A DNA stretch of 64,000 nt from a virus: IMG/VR virus record IMGVR_UViG_3300028182_000001, positions 94,404 through 158,403 of that record; one strand, 5' to 3'. The position numbers were made by a program, and so were the translations under genes. Positions 9,418 through 19,662 of this stretch are shown here, piece by piece (the stretch's first letter is position 1; each line of letters starts with the position of its first letter). The notes beneath the pieces are model-generated. The model was not told where the DNA came from, ran no database searches, and was given only the letters and a program-made list of their open reading frames with translations.

Positions 9418-9957
9418 GTGCTAGATGTTAAAGTTGACAGCATAGATTTTCAGGAGCTTAGAATCATTGATGAAAACGGAGAGTATATCATGTTCGACAT
9501 GCGAGAAGAGTTAAAGGTGAATGAAGCCAACCTTCTCCAAGAAATGTTACATCAACCTTCGAAGTACATCTATTGGTCTTCTATTCTTGAAAAAATCAAA
9601 TTCTTCCAAGAGAAGACAGAAATGCAGTTAGAGCTTGTTGTTGCAAAGTTTGATTCCGAAGCACGAGAGGAAATCAAGAAGAACGGGGACAAGCCTACAA
9701 AGGATAGCGTAGATGCTTACATAAAACAAAAGCAAGAATACGTAACTGCAAGAGAGCAATGTCACTATTACGAGTACATTGCAGGAAGACTTGCACGGAT
9801 CGTAAAAGCATTTGAACAACGTAAAGATATGTTACAGTCTTATGGTAAGCAAATTGCCGAGGATAAAACATATGGAGCAGGTGCAGGTTCTCGTATTGAG
9901 CAGACACAGTTTCCTGTACCAACACAACAAACGCAGTATTGGGGAGGTCATCAATAA
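9418..9957 (+). CDS. Helical protein, putative UvsY-like recombination mediator
   Basis: Coiled-coil ending KAFEQRKDMLQS; lies between pol and SSB/RecA. Confidence 0.55.
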   Translation: MLDVKVDSIDFQELRIIDENGEYIMFDMREELKVNEANLLQEMLHQPSKYIYWSSILEKIKFFQEKTEMQLELVVAKFDSEAREEIKKNGDKPTKDSVDAYIKQKQEYVTAREQCHYYEYIAGRLARIVKAFEQRKDMLQSYGKQIAEDKTYGAGAGSRIEQTQFPVPTQQTQYWGGHQ

Positions 9958-10292
9958 TGTTAGAAGGAATTAAAAAAGCGTTCACGGCTACTTCATATGA
10001 ATCTGAGCAAGCACCTGTAGAAGTTAACCCAATTGACGATGCAGTAGCTGCTAAACTAGGTTATAAAGTAGCAGAAGGGCAATACAAAGAGTTACAGATT
10101 GATTTAGAGACTGGTGACGTATTCGTACTTGACGAATTACTTGTCGCTACACCACCTGAGTTCTCAAAGGATATTTTCCTAGTAAACTTAATGGCAGACT
10201 ATGCGAACGCTAACGGAATACAACTTCCGAAGTGGACGAATGAACCATTAAAGATTGCAAAAGCCGTAGCAGATTGGGAACCACAAAATTAA
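9957..10292 (+). CDS. Hypothetical protein
   Basis: ATG at 9957 with GGAGG RBS is a better start than 9939. Confidence 0.75.
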   Translation: MLEGIKKAFTATSYESEQAPVEVNPIDDAVAAKLGYKVAEGQYKELQIDLETGDVFVLDELLVATPPEFSKDIFLVNLMADYANANGIQLPKWTNEPLKIAKAVADWEPQN

Positions 10293-10398
10293 AAAAAAAT
10301 AGTCTCTAACTCATAAAAAATGATAGACATATGATATAATATATGTTAGACTGTTTATAGAGTTAAAAATTAAGAGATAACTAGGAGGAATTAATAGT

Positions 10399-11697
10399 AT
10401 GTCATTTGCTGATATCATTAACCAAGAACACAAGAACTTAGAACAAAATAGCGGTAACGACAAAGTTGAGTACCCGAAAACGAAACAGAAGCGTTTATTC
10501 TTTGAACAGAACCAACGTGAGGTAATTATCCAAGTGTTACCTGATGCTGCTATGGTAGGTCACTTCTTCGTTCCGATCCGTAAAGTATACTTAACTGCTA
10601 AAAGCTCTAGTGGTAAAGATGTTAACTCTAACTTCGTGTTAGACGCTGATCCTAACCCAGGTTCATTGTTAGAGCAAAAGATTACTGAGTGGGCAGGATT
10701 GGGTATTATCCCTAACGGTTACGGTGGACAAGCATCACCAAGACGTACATACCTAGTAAACGCAGTACGCATCATTCAAGACCCTGTATCACAACAATGG
10801 GTACAAGAACGAGATGCAAATGGTCAGTTAGCAACACGAGTATTCGAAATGACACAATCTGCTTTCGCTAACTATGCAGAGAAGTTAAAAAATCCGTTAT
10901 TAAACACGACAGGTTCAGGAATGTCATTCATGGACATTAACCGTCCAAACCCAATCCAAATTACTAAGCCTGAGAGAAACAGTAACTCTAAGGAGTACAA
11001 GGTAGATGTGTACAGTAGCATCGTCTTACCTCCATTAGGTGCAGGTTGGGAAAATACATTAGAGGACTTACAAGCACAAGCAGTTCCTACAGAGCGCTTA
11101 GTTAATGGTGATAAATGGGTACAAGCTTTCATCGACATGAAAGAAGGTCGTAAGCCAAACCAAGGTAATGCAGGAGCACAACCAACTGCACCACAACCTA
11201 CATCTAATCCATTCGGATCGTTCCCTGGTCAAACTGGACAACCAGTAGCGCCACAACAACCAATGGGACAACCTGTAGGGCAACCGATGGGACAACCTGC
11301 TCCAATGCCAGGGTATCCTGCACAACCAACGGCTCCAATGCCTACATACCAACCACAGGGACAACCAGCGCCAATGCCTAGTTACACGGCACCTGCACCC
11401 CAACCTGTAGCACCTGTACAACCAGTGATTACAATGCCTACGGGAATGGATGCAGGAGCAGGAGAACCTGACCCATTCAATATCGGTGTAGAAACTGACT
11501 TATCTCAGAATAACGGACTTGGAGCACAGCCTACTCAACCAGTAGCGCCAACGGCACCAACGACACCTGCACCTACATATACGGCACCTGCAACACCTGC
11601 ACCAACTGGTGAGCCAACGATTCCTGCACCATCACACGCAACTGGTGGAATGCCTAACATCGAAGACTTGTTAAAGACTGAGTTAGGTGCTCAGTAA
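10399..11697 (+). CDS. Putative single-stranded DNA-binding protein with Pro/Gln-rich linker
   Basis: Globular N-terminus, long PQ/PT low-complexity tract, position before recA. Confidence 0.6.
   Translation: MSFADIINQEHKNLEQNSGNDKVEYPKTKQKRLFFEQNQREVIIQVLPDAAMVGHFFVPIRKVYLTAKSSSGKDVNSNFVLDADPNPGSLLEQKITEWAGLGIIPNGYGGQASPRRTYLVNAVRIIQDPVSQQWVQERDANGQLATRVFEMTQSAFANYAEKLKNPLLNTTGSGMSFMDINRPNPIQITKPERNSNSKEYKVDVYSSIVLPPLGAGWENTLEDLQAQAVPTERLVNGDKWVQAFIDMKEGRKPNQGNAGAQPTAPQPTSNPFGSFPGQTGQPVAPQQPMGQPVGQPMGQPAPMPGYPAQPTAPMPTYQPQGQPAPMPSYTAPAPQPVAPVQPVITMPTGMDAGAGEPDPFNIGVETDLSQNNGLGAQPTQPVAPTAPTTPAPTYTAPATPAPTGEPTIPAPSHATGGMPNIEDLLKTELGAQ
11180..11640 (+). repeat. Coding low-complexity repeats (QPMG/QPVG, APT)
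   Basis: Repeated CAACC/GCACC units. Confidence 0.75.
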
Positions 11698-11772
11698 TAC
11701 AGTAAAAGAATAGTAGATTCCAAGTTACCTAGCCATCCTGTGGCTAGGTTGACTTAGGTTATATAATCATTA

Positions 11773-12174
11773 TTGACTAGGGGGCAACAACAAATGGAAG
11801 AAGTTAAAATGACAAAAGAAATGGTAAAGGTAGAACACGATTTATTAACAGAACGAGTTACAAAGGTATATCGTGAAAAGGAATCAAGTTTCCACGCACC
11901 ACACTTATTCACTGTAACATCTGCTGAGGACGACAAAACATTAGCAGTTATCCACTTCCAAGAGGGCGCATTAAACGTTGCAGGAGTTAACGGAGTAATG
12001 AATGAAGACTTACTAGTTATGATCCTAACTCGATTACAAGGCTTCCAAAATAGTGAGTTTGCTTGTAAAGAGAATGCAATGGCAATTACGAAGATTGAAG
12101 AAGCGTTACTATGGTTACGTAAACGTACAATGGGACGAGAGAAACGTGGCGTACTAGGAACACACACGAAGTAG
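11773..12174 (+). CDS. tad1: Tad1/Acb2-family anti-defence nucleotide sponge (start may be 11794 or 11809)
   Basis: IHFQEGA...GV.NEDLL...RLQGFQ...ENAMAITKIEEALLWLRKR...R..RGVLGT matches the Tad1 pattern. Confidence 0.85.
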   Translation: MTRGQQQMEEVKMTKEMVKVEHDLLTERVTKVYREKESSFHAPHLFTVTSAEDDKTLAVIHFQEGALNVAGVNGVMNEDLLVMILTRLQGFQNSEFACKENAMAITKIEEALLWLRKRTMGREKRGVLGTHTK

Positions 12175-12236
12175 TTACAGCCTTCAATACATAACGGTTA
12201 AAGAATTACATATACATATTAGGAGGAAATATACAT

Positions 12237-13448
12237 ATGGCAAAAGCAAAAACAAAGAAAGCACCTGCAAGCGTGGATTTAGACTTATCGGCTTTAAATT
12301 TAAGTGGCGGCCTAGTCTTACTGAGAGATTCAGATTATGCGAAGGTATTTGACAGACTTCCTCTATTCTTACCGAAGATTGATAAAATCCTAGGTGGCGG
12401 CCTACCGTTCGGACGAATGATTGAGGTTGCAGGAGTACCATCGGGTGGTAAATCAACTTTCACTCACCACGTAATGCGTGTAGCGACTGCTCTAGGTTGC
12501 ATTTGCGTATTGATTGACGTAGAGGGTACGTCAGATAATGAACGTTTATCTTCGCTAGGTATTGACACAAGTAAAGTATTAGTGAAGCAACCTGATCCTG
12601 ATAAAGGTACTGCACTAACGGTTGAAGAGGTTGGACAGACAGTAGAAGAAACGTTAAAACTATTCGGAGAGAAATATCCTCACGTACCTGTAGTGTACGT
12701 ATGGGACTCTGTAGGTTCTACACCTTCTATGGTAGAGTTAGAGAAAGACTTTGGTGAACAGAACGTTGGGGCTAGAGCTAAGGCTATCACACAGTTCGTA
12801 ACAAAGGTTACACCAATGGTATCTCAATCTAAATCACTGTTTATCGGTATCAACCAAGTACGTGACGATATCGGTGGAAATCCAATGTTCAAAACATACA
12901 AGGTTCCAGGTGGTAAAGCATGGGAGCACGCTGCTACACTTCGATTAGAGATTAAAAAGAAATCTTCTATCTTCAAAGGATCAGGAGCTAACAAGGAACG
13001 TCTAGGACATATCATGGGTGTTAAAACTCAGAAGTCTAAAGTATCTCGACCATTCCAAGAAGCAGACGGGACGTTACTAGCAGATACAGGTATCGACTAC
13101 GAGTACAACCTAGCTAAAATGGCAGAGGATGTGAAAGTCCTAGGTACAACTGGTCAAAGCTATGAGTACATTGATGCTTTAGGAGTTAACTACAAACAGA
13201 AGAAAGAGAACTTCATCGAGTGGTTACGTGACGAAGGTAGTCATGTCCGCCAAGAACTACTAAACAAGTTGATTCAAGTAGAGTTCCCTGAAGGGTACAC
13301 TGCATTGAAGAATGAAACATTAGATATCTCAGGTTGGATTGACCAAGTAGTTCCAGTGGTATCTCCTGAATTTTCGCAATCTTCCGATAATTCAGACAAT
13401 ATCGAGGACTTACTAGCAAAAGAAGCAGAAGACATTTTAAAAGGTTAG
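12237..13448 (+). CDS. recA: RecA-family recombinase
   Basis: Walker A GVPSGGKS; WDSV, INQVR and PGGKA motifs. Confidence 0.95.
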   Translation: MAKAKTKKAPASVDLDLSALNLSGGLVLLRDSDYAKVFDRLPLFLPKIDKILGGGLPFGRMIEVAGVPSGGKSTFTHHVMRVATALGCICVLIDVEGTSDNERLSSLGIDTSKVLVKQPDPDKGTALTVEEVGQTVEETLKLFGEKYPHVPVVYVWDSVGSTPSMVELEKDFGEQNVGARAKAITQFVTKVTPMVSQSKSLFIGINQVRDDIGGNPMFKTYKVPGGKAWEHAATLRLEIKKKSSIFKGSGANKERLGHIMGVKTQKSKVSRPFQEADGTLLADTGIDYEYNLAKMAEDVKVLGTTGQSYEYIDALGVNYKQKKENFIEWLRDEGSHVRQELLNKLIQVEFPEGYTALKNETLDISGWIDQVVPVVSPEFSQSSDNSDNIEDLLAKEAEDILKG

Positions 13449-13491
13449 GGGGGATTTCCCTCTAACCGTATTATTATAAGGAGGGTTTAGC

Positions 13492-13842
13492 TTGTATAAG
13501 GACACATATGGAGACGTAGTAGCGAACACATTGCAACACTATAGAGAGAGAACACAAAGTAACGATACTGTATCACCGACACCGTACAAAGATATTAAAG
13601 GTATGTTACAGAAGACGATGGAAGAAGGAAAACGTGTATTACTGGATATCAAAGATTCCTACAATACACAAACTGTAGTTGTCCGTTTTGAGAAGGTCTA
13701 CGATAGATGGGCAATGGGGACTGCGACTTGTTATTTTGAAGGTGAAGAAGTGAAAGTCCCATACACGATCCACTATTCCGACATCCTATGCAAGCATATA
13801 AACATCAAGGTGATTATAGAGGGGGCTAATCCTTTTGCCTAG
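13492..13842 (+). CDS. Phage protein between recA and sigma factor
   Basis: ORF with GAGG RBS. Confidence 0.75.
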   Translation: MYKDTYGDVVANTLQHYRERTQSNDTVSPTPYKDIKGMLQKTMEEGKRVLLDIKDSYNTQTVVVRFEKVYDRWAMGTATCYFEGEEVKVPYTIHYSDILCKHINIKVIIEGANPFA

Positions 13843-14473
13843 AAATGTCGAGAAAGAGCAAGAACAAATTTGGAACGGTAATCGGTTTATGGTAAGTACA
13901 GAAGAGACAACAGGAGTATTTATACGAGACGTAGATAAATTGTTCCATCAATACAGAAACTTACGAATGAGTGTCTATAACACGTACAAGGGTTATCTAT
14001 CTGCCGACCCTGTAACACAAGACGAACTTCGTAGCTACATTGATGAACAATTTATACGTCTTGTCAAGGAGTATGACATTGGTTCGGATGTGGATTTTCC
14101 TGGATACATCAAGATTAAGTTACACTCTAGAGTAAAGAACTCATTCATCAAATCAGTATTCCGAGATAAACAACGAGTATTTGTAACAAAGAACTCGTTT
14201 GACGTGTCTAACCTCATCGAGCAGAACCCTTGTAACGATGAGGAGCTAGACTACTATGTTGTACTTGAATACGCTATTGGAGGGTTTAACCTCACTCATA
14301 TCGAAAAGGAAGTGTTATACTACTTACTACAAGAACTAACAGACCCTCAGATTGAAAGAGAGATTCGAGAACTACATCCAAGAGAGCGTTTAAGCTCTGC
14401 TACGATCCGTGAAATCATCAAGGATATGCAAGATATCCTAAAAACAAAGTTGCAAGAATCGTTAAAAAACTAA
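13835..14473 (+). CDS. Phage RNA polymerase sigma factor (SPO1 gp34-like)
   Basis: Region 2-like FIRLVKEYD...DFPGYIK; region 4-like C-terminus; synteny. Confidence 0.75.
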   Translation: MPRNVEKEQEQIWNGNRFMVSTEETTGVFIRDVDKLFHQYRNLRMSVYNTYKGYLSADPVTQDELRSYIDEQFIRLVKEYDIGSDVDFPGYIKIKLHSRVKNSFIKSVFRDKQRVFVTKNSFDVSNLIEQNPCNDEELDYYVVLEYAIGGFNLTHIEKEVLYYLLQELTDPQIEREIRELHPRERLSSATIREIIKDMQDILKTKLQESLKN

Positions 14474-14481
14474 GTAGTTAC

Positions 14482-14491
14482 TGTTATATTA
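14482..14491 (+). promoter_or_regulatory. Putative late promoter -10 element (TGTTATATTA)
   Basis: No sigmaA -35; precedes holin; related TATATT motifs before 29208, 31691 and 63362. Confidence 0.5.
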
Positions 14492-14515
14492 ATAGGAGAA
14501 CTATTAAGTGAAAGG

Positions 14516-14824
14516 ATGATAATAATGGAAGACAATAAACAACAAGTATTTGTGCCTGTAGAGGTGCCAAAGGTTGAGCCAATGATGATTGTGCGTTTAC
14601 TTGTGTTCGTACTTGCATTAGTGAATGCAGTTGGAGCTATGTTCGGTTACGACTTGAACCTGTCAGTGGACCAGCAAAACGTGTATGATATCGTATCTGC
14701 ATTGTTCTTACTGGGATCAGGATTCCACGTAGCATGGAAGAACAACAACATCTCGAAGACCTCTCGTGTGAAAGCACATGTCGGAGAGCAAGTAACAGTT
14801 GATACGAAAGGGGAACAGAAATAA
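14516..14824 (+). CDS. Holin (SPP1/phiLC3-like)
   Basis: Two TM segments, IVRLLVFVLALVN...AWKNNNIS. Confidence 0.85.
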   Translation: MIIMEDNKQQVFVPVEVPKVEPMMIVRLLVFVLALVNAVGAMFGYDLNLSVDQQNVYDIVSALFLLGSGFHVAWKNNNISKTSRVKAHVGEQVTVDTKGEQK

Positions 14825-15300
14825 TGGCTAAATTAGCAGATGTACTAAAGCAAGCAACAGTAACTTTAAAAGTAGGTGACTACTTAGCAGCGTTCACTCG
14901 TCCTGAAGGTTACGTTCCTTCTATTAAAGGGACAACTTCACTTCACACTGGAAAATACCTATTCAAAATCGTAGGTGTTGGTACAGCAGAAGGTGACGGA
15001 TCGTACAAGAAAATGAACATCGTACCTGTAGTACATAAAGCAGACCAAAAAGGATACGAAGACAAGTTAAAAAGTCCAATCGTAATCGTGGAACCGTTAA
15101 AAGTGACACACGCAACTGGCCGCAATGACAATGAGTACAAGGACGTTTACCACGGTAACTCGTTCCACACTCACACAGTGAAAGCAGGAGAAGAAGGACG
15201 TTCAGCGTTACTTGCATTCCTTGAGTTCACGAAAACTGAATATTCATTAACTGTGAATGACTTCATGGTTGGTGGAGAAGAACTTATCGCAGGTGCGTAA
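14824..15300 (+). CDS. Hypothetical protein
   Basis: TAATG coupling with holin; followed by terminator. Confidence 0.8.
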   Translation: MAKLADVLKQATVTLKVGDYLAAFTRPEGYVPSIKGTTSLHTGKYLFKIVGVGTAEGDGSYKKMNIVPVVHKADQKGYEDKLKSPIVIVEPLKVTHATGRNDNEYKDVYHGNSFHTHTVKAGEEGRSALLAFLEFTKTEYSLTVNDFMVGGEELIAGA

Positions 15301-15312
15301 GGTGGAATACAA

Positions 15313-15341
15313 GAGGGAGCAGAGATGCTTCCTTTTTTTTT
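15313..15341 (+). terminator. Rho-independent terminator
   Basis: AGGGAGCA-gaga-TGCTTCCT followed by a T run. Confidence 0.8.
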
Positions 15342-15375
15342 ATGCAAAAAACTACTAAATTATGCTAGTTTTTTG

Positions 15376-15404
15376 TTGACTGTTACGAAACATGATGATA
15401 GAAT
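15376..15404 (+). promoter_or_regulatory. sigmaA-type promoter
   Basis: TTGACT-N17-TAGAAT. Confidence 0.85.
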
Positions 15405-15458
15405 GATAGTACAGTTGTTATACACTGTACATTTTTATAGGATACAAGGAGGGATTGA

Positions 15459-16418
15459 ATGTTCAATAAACAAGACGGAGAGACCCCCACACGGTTGAAA
15501 TTGTTCGTGTCGCCAACGTTCGAAGGTGTAACTAGTGTAGCAGTTATAGAGGAGATTTTACAAGACGATATAGTTCTCGAAACTGTATTCACAAACACAC
15601 TGGATTTTAGGGAACACGAAAAATTTAAAGACGCAGACATGATACTTGTGTTAGGATTAGCATACCGAGGGTACACGCTGCCCACGGAATTTTTCATTAA
15701 CGCAGACGTACCGTTTGTGGATTTCGTTCATATCAGTACATACGGAAATGCGATTGAAGGTAAACATATCATATCGTTCGTAGACGAACACACCGATCCA
15801 ATTAAAGTGTTGTACAACATACTGACAAATATGTCAAGTTCCTTAAATTTATCAAAGTACGTGAAACTTACCGATAAAGCGATGTATATGGTAGAAGCAG
15901 TTAACTCCTACCGTACATGGACGTGGGAAGGTAACAACACGACACGTATGTTACTAGCGCTATATCACGCTAGTTATAAGCGTCTTCCTAAGCTCCTACA
16001 CGGGCTTTCATTGCAGGAGGTAGTAAAAGCTAACGCACCTGTTATTAAAGGTCAGTTGGAGAAGCTAGAGGATTATATAGAGAGAAAGAGCCAACAGGTT
16101 CAATCACGTCAGGTTACAATTGACGGACAAGAATGCGTTATGAAACTTGTGTACGCAGAAGAATACATAAATGAGCTTGCGAACGATATCCTTCACCAAG
16201 AAGACATAGCGGTACCAGTTATCGTATGTGTAGGGAGAACCACAAAATCGAATGATATTTTTTCTGTACGGACTAAAGGGGTCAATGCAGGAAGAGTGGC
16301 AGAAGTGATTAATGGTGGGGGAGGTAAGGAGAACGTAGCTACATTCTTCTCCTCACTGGGGTATGCAACACTTATGGCAAATGCAACCGTAACCAGTATA
16401 AATAATGGTGCGTTGTAG
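15459..16418 (+). CDS. Degenerate DHH/DHHA1-family phosphoesterase-like protein
   Basis: DHHA1-like SVRT...VA...GGGG C-terminus; DHH catalytic motifs not intact. Confidence 0.55.
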   Translation: MFNKQDGETPTRLKLFVSPTFEGVTSVAVIEEILQDDIVLETVFTNTLDFREHEKFKDADMILVLGLAYRGYTLPTEFFINADVPFVDFVHISTYGNAIEGKHIISFVDEHTDPIKVLYNILTNMSSSLNLSKYVKLTDKAMYMVEAVNSYRTWTWEGNNTTRMLLALYHASYKRLPKLLHGLSLQEVVKANAPVIKGQLEKLEDYIERKSQQVQSRQVTIDGQECVMKLVYAEEYINELANDILHQEDIAVPVIVCVGRTTKSNDIFSVRTKGVNAGRVAEVINGGGGKENVATFFSSLGYATLMANATVTSINNGAL

Positions 16419-16469
16419 ATATCACAACTTAGTAGTGTGATATAATAAAATTCGGAGGGGATTTTTTAC

Positions 16470-16724
16470 ATGATTAAAGCAAAGGCATTCGAGAAATGGA
16501 TGGACACAAGTGGTCTTGTTTCCGATCCTGAATTTGGTAAACTTACTGACTTGCTTAGTAAACTACCAGTTGTTGATACAGGAAGCAGTGGAGGACTAAT
16601 CTTCGCATCCGAGACAACGGTATATGCGACAGCAGACGAGCAGTACTTACGATTAACATACCAAGTACGAACACCTAAAACACCGATAGGGATAAAATAC
16701 ACTTACTACTTTGGTCAAGCCTAA
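16470..16724 (+). CDS. Hypothetical protein
   Basis: ORF with GGAGG RBS. Confidence 0.75.
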   Translation: MIKAKAFEKWMDTSGLVSDPEFGKLTDLLSKLPVVDTGSSGGLIFASETTVYATADEQYLRLTYQVRTPKTPIGIKYTYYFGQA

Positions 16725-16746
16725 TAATTACATGGAGTGAGTAATT

Positions 16747-18054
16747 TTGGCTAAAGAGAAATTAACGGTTCAAGAACAAGAATTAATTAAACAAGAGACA
16801 GGCGCATATGTGGTAGTTATGGGTTACTTAAAACGAGAACGTGGACAAGTAGCCCCGTCTGTTTTCAACAAGATTATTGTCGAACTGGGTTATGATAAAG
16901 TAAAGAAGAACGATTTAATTGCAGTAGCACAAAAGATTGAGAAGAATGACGTGTTAGCAAGTCTGTATAAGAAGTCTTACTTAGGTGAGATTACAATAGA
17001 TGATATTCCACACGCTTACGAAGAGGAGTCGGAAGTGAAAGAGGAAAACATATTCTCCTATGTAACGAACTACTTAATGGACAAAGAGGACAACACTGCT
17101 AAACTACGAGAATACAGAAAATTACAAAAAGACGGAACTCTTATGGCTCTACTAATGAAAGACTTGAAGAAGCATTTAGTAGAGGAGTTAAAAGGTCTAC
17201 CTCGTGCGAAGTACTTAACGTCAACACCGTACACACCTGTAAAAGGGGATAAGACGTTAATCCTAGCACTATCAGACTGGCATGTAGGATTTATCAGTCA
17301 CGATATGCACACAGGAGACTACAATTTCGAAAGACTGCAAACGTCTATTCAAGAGATTGTATCGTACACGATCCGTACAGTGCAAGAGAGAGACATTAAA
17401 GAAGTTCACGTGCTGTTCTTAGGAGATTTAGTAGAAAACTTTGCAATGCGTTCTACACAGTCATTCGATTTAGAGTTTACCTTCGCAGAACAAATCGCAA
17501 AAGGGCAACAGTTACTAATAGATGTACTACTTACTCTTTCTAAATTTGTTCCAGTTACATTCAGTATGGTAGCAGGGAACCATGACCGATTCGAGACTGA
17601 CAAGAAAACTGCTATCTTTAACAACTCTGTGGCATACACTGTATTAGAGAACCTAATCATGTTACAAGAGAAGATGGGGCAGCTTCCTAACGTTACGATT
17701 ACGGACAATCGAAAAGACGTGTACCGATTCGATGTAGATATCGCAGGTCAAGGTATCGCAGGTGCTCACGGAGACCACTTAGCAAAGTCTAGTGAAAAGA
17801 TTCCTGCATTCATGACGCATGGTAGAAAAGTAGATATCCTGTTTACAGGACACTTACATAACTTTAGAATTGCACAGGAGAGCTTTACACGATTACATCT
17901 TCAAGTAGGCTCTACTATTGGAGAAAACTCATACTCTCGTCAAGGTAACTATCCGACAACAACACCGTCACAACAAATTGTTATTTTGACTGAAGGTTCT
18001 AAAATACCTGAACTGATCCCGTTGTGGTTAGGTACAGACGGAAAGTTACTATAG
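16747..18054 (+). CDS. Calcineurin-like metallophosphoesterase/nuclease
   Basis: SDWH, LGDL, GNHD, AHGD, GHLH motifs. Confidence 0.9.
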   Translation: MAKEKLTVQEQELIKQETGAYVVVMGYLKRERGQVAPSVFNKIIVELGYDKVKKNDLIAVAQKIEKNDVLASLYKKSYLGEITIDDIPHAYEEESEVKEENIFSYVTNYLMDKEDNTAKLREYRKLQKDGTLMALLMKDLKKHLVEELKGLPRAKYLTSTPYTPVKGDKTLILALSDWHVGFISHDMHTGDYNFERLQTSIQEIVSYTIRTVQERDIKEVHVLFLGDLVENFAMRSTQSFDLEFTFAEQIAKGQQLLIDVLLTLSKFVPVTFSMVAGNHDRFETDKKTAIFNNSVAYTVLENLIMLQEKMGQLPNVTITDNRKDVYRFDVDIAGQGIAGAHGDHLAKSSEKIPAFMTHGRKVDILFTGHLHNFRIAQESFTRLHLQVGSTIGENSYSRQGNYPTTTPSQQIVILTEGSKIPELIPLWLGTDGKLL

Positions 18055-18067
18055 GGAGGAAAAGAAA

Positions 18068-18451
18068 ATGACTGCATATGAGATTGTATTAGTTACACTG
18101 TACATGGTGGTAGCTGTAACATTCGTTACGAATAACATTCAGCTATATAAAGAGTCTGCTAGACTGAAAGAGATGGGACAAACCCCTCTAACGGGTCGCA
18201 ACCTATCCGTAGTGATTGTGGCATTCGTTGCCGAGATGTTGACCGTAGCAGGAATTATGTGGTGCTTCCAAGCGCTAGATACCCCTGTAAACTCTTGGAC
18301 TGTATCCTGTATGTTTATTGTAGGTTACTTACTACGTAACGTAGGCTCCTACTCTTCTGCGTGGTTACTGTGGACTGTATTCGTTCGGATCGACAAAGGC
18401 AAAATGAAACACGAAGTGGAAAAAGAAGTTAGTGGTGGGAAGGCTCTGTAA
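18068..18451 (+). CDS. Membrane protein
   Basis: Several TM segments; RBS. Confidence 0.8.
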   Translation: MTAYEIVLVTLYMVVAVTFVTNNIQLYKESARLKEMGQTPLTGRNLSVVIVAFVAEMLTVAGIMWCFQALDTPVNSWTVSCMFIVGYLLRNVGSYSSAWLLWTVFVRIDKGKMKHEVEKEVSGGKAL

Positions 18452-18491
18452 TAGAGTCTTTCTTTTTTTTTATTTTTTTTTATAAATGTTG

Positions 18492-18521
18492 TTGACTTTA
18501 GGAAAACATGTATGGTAAATT
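18492..18521 (+). promoter_or_regulatory. sigmaA-type promoter (cassette copy 1)
   Basis: TTGACT-N18-TAAATT, after a terminator at about 18440-18481. Confidence 0.8.
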
Positions 18522-18563
18522 AAGTACAAGAGATAACGAACAACATATCGAGGAGGAAACGAA

Positions 18564-18758
18564 ATGAGCTTATCAAAAGCAGAATTAATCAAAATGTTAC
18601 AAGAGGATAAATCACCAATGGGTATACCAGTTCAGGTATGTCTAGCTTGCACAAACAATGATGAGAATGTGATTAGCTTATCAGTTACACATATCGGATA
18701 TAGCAAAGATTTCGGATGTTTGTTTATCGAAGGTACTTACGAGGAGGATGAATTTTAA
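18564..18758 (+). CDS. Hypothetical protein
   Basis: ORF with RBS. Confidence 0.75.
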   Translation: MSLSKAELIKMLQEDKSPMGIPVQVCLACTNNDENVISLSVTHIGYSKDFGCLFIEGTYEEDEF

Positions 18759-18942
18759 AATGAAACGATGGATATATGAAGTAACGTATACAATGAAAAC
18801 TTGCCCAATGCTAACGCTTAGATTGGATGACTTGTACGAAGACAGGAGCATAGCAGAGTTCGAAGCAGAAAAGTTAAAGAGAGAACTAGAAGGAGAGTAC
18901 GCAGTAATTGATGTACGACCTAGAAAGTTGGTGCTACGATGA
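18748..18942 (+). CDS. Hypothetical protein (start may be 18760)
   Basis: ORF track. Confidence 0.7.
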   Translation: MNFKMKRWIYEVTYTMKTCPMLTLRLDDLYEDRSIAEFEAEKLKRELEGEYAVIDVRPRKLVLR

Positions 18943-19130
18943 TTCTACACCTACAATTGTGGTGGGCCGCAGATGGAACAGAAGATTACGGGCAAGCAAT
19001 TCGGTGGCTCTATCTTTACGGTGTTATAAGTGAAGCACGAATGAAAAAATTAGATAGTAGAAACTATAAGAAGTGGAATAAGCGCAATAGTAAATCGTTC
19101 GATGACTATTTAAAAGTAGCGAGAGTATAA
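18939..19130 (+). CDS. Hypothetical protein
   Basis: ATGA overlap. Confidence 0.65.
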   Translation: MILHLQLWWAADGTEDYGQAIRWLYLYGVISEARMKKLDSRNYKKWNKRNSKSFDDYLKVARV

Positions 19131-19146
19131 ACTATAATAAAGGGAG

Positions 19147-19662
19147 ATGTTTTACATGAAATTAGATTACGGATCAGGAAGACAACCAAAGCAAGGATTC
19201 AAGTCATCGGACTTTATCGGTACACCGTGTTACGACTTCTACATCAAGGATTACAGAGTACTAGACTTAGCAGATAATACGTGCGATGTTATTCATTGCC
19301 GTAACGTGATTCACCACATTCCAAAGGAAGACTTACCGATCCTATTCGGAGAGTTCAAGCGTTTATTAAAGCCAGGTGGACAATTAATCATCTCAGAGCC
19401 ACGAGAAGAGTTCCACGAACAAAACTTATTGCTGGACCTTATTTGGTACCGTTGGGTGAACTACGATACAAACATTATGATTCCTTACGAGTATGTAAAC
19501 TATAAGAAGTATCTAACGGACTTCACGCTGCTTGATACAGTGGATGAGTATAACAACGAGATTCTTACATACGTAGTAAATAAACCAGTACAAAAAATTA
19601 CACGTAGAACAGGAGTGTTAGTATGGTCATCGAACTCAAAACGATCTCTTATTACGAACTAG
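19147..19662 (+). CDS. Class I SAM-dependent methyltransferase
   Basis: LDYGSG; DVIHCRNVIHHI; RLLKPGG. Confidence 0.85.
   Translation: MFYMKLDYGSGRQPKQGFKSSDFIGTPCYDFYIKDYRVLDLADNTCDVIHCRNVIHHIPKEDLPILFGEFKRLLKPGGQLIISEPREEFHEQNLLLDLIWYRWVNYDTNIMIPYEYVNYKKYLTDFTLLDTVDEYNNEILTYVVNKPVQKITRRTGVLVWSSNSKRSLITN

Noticed and set aside
6197-13448. Group I intron or intein in the polymerase or recA
   Set aside because: Both ORFs are continuous, of normal length, and lack intein termini.
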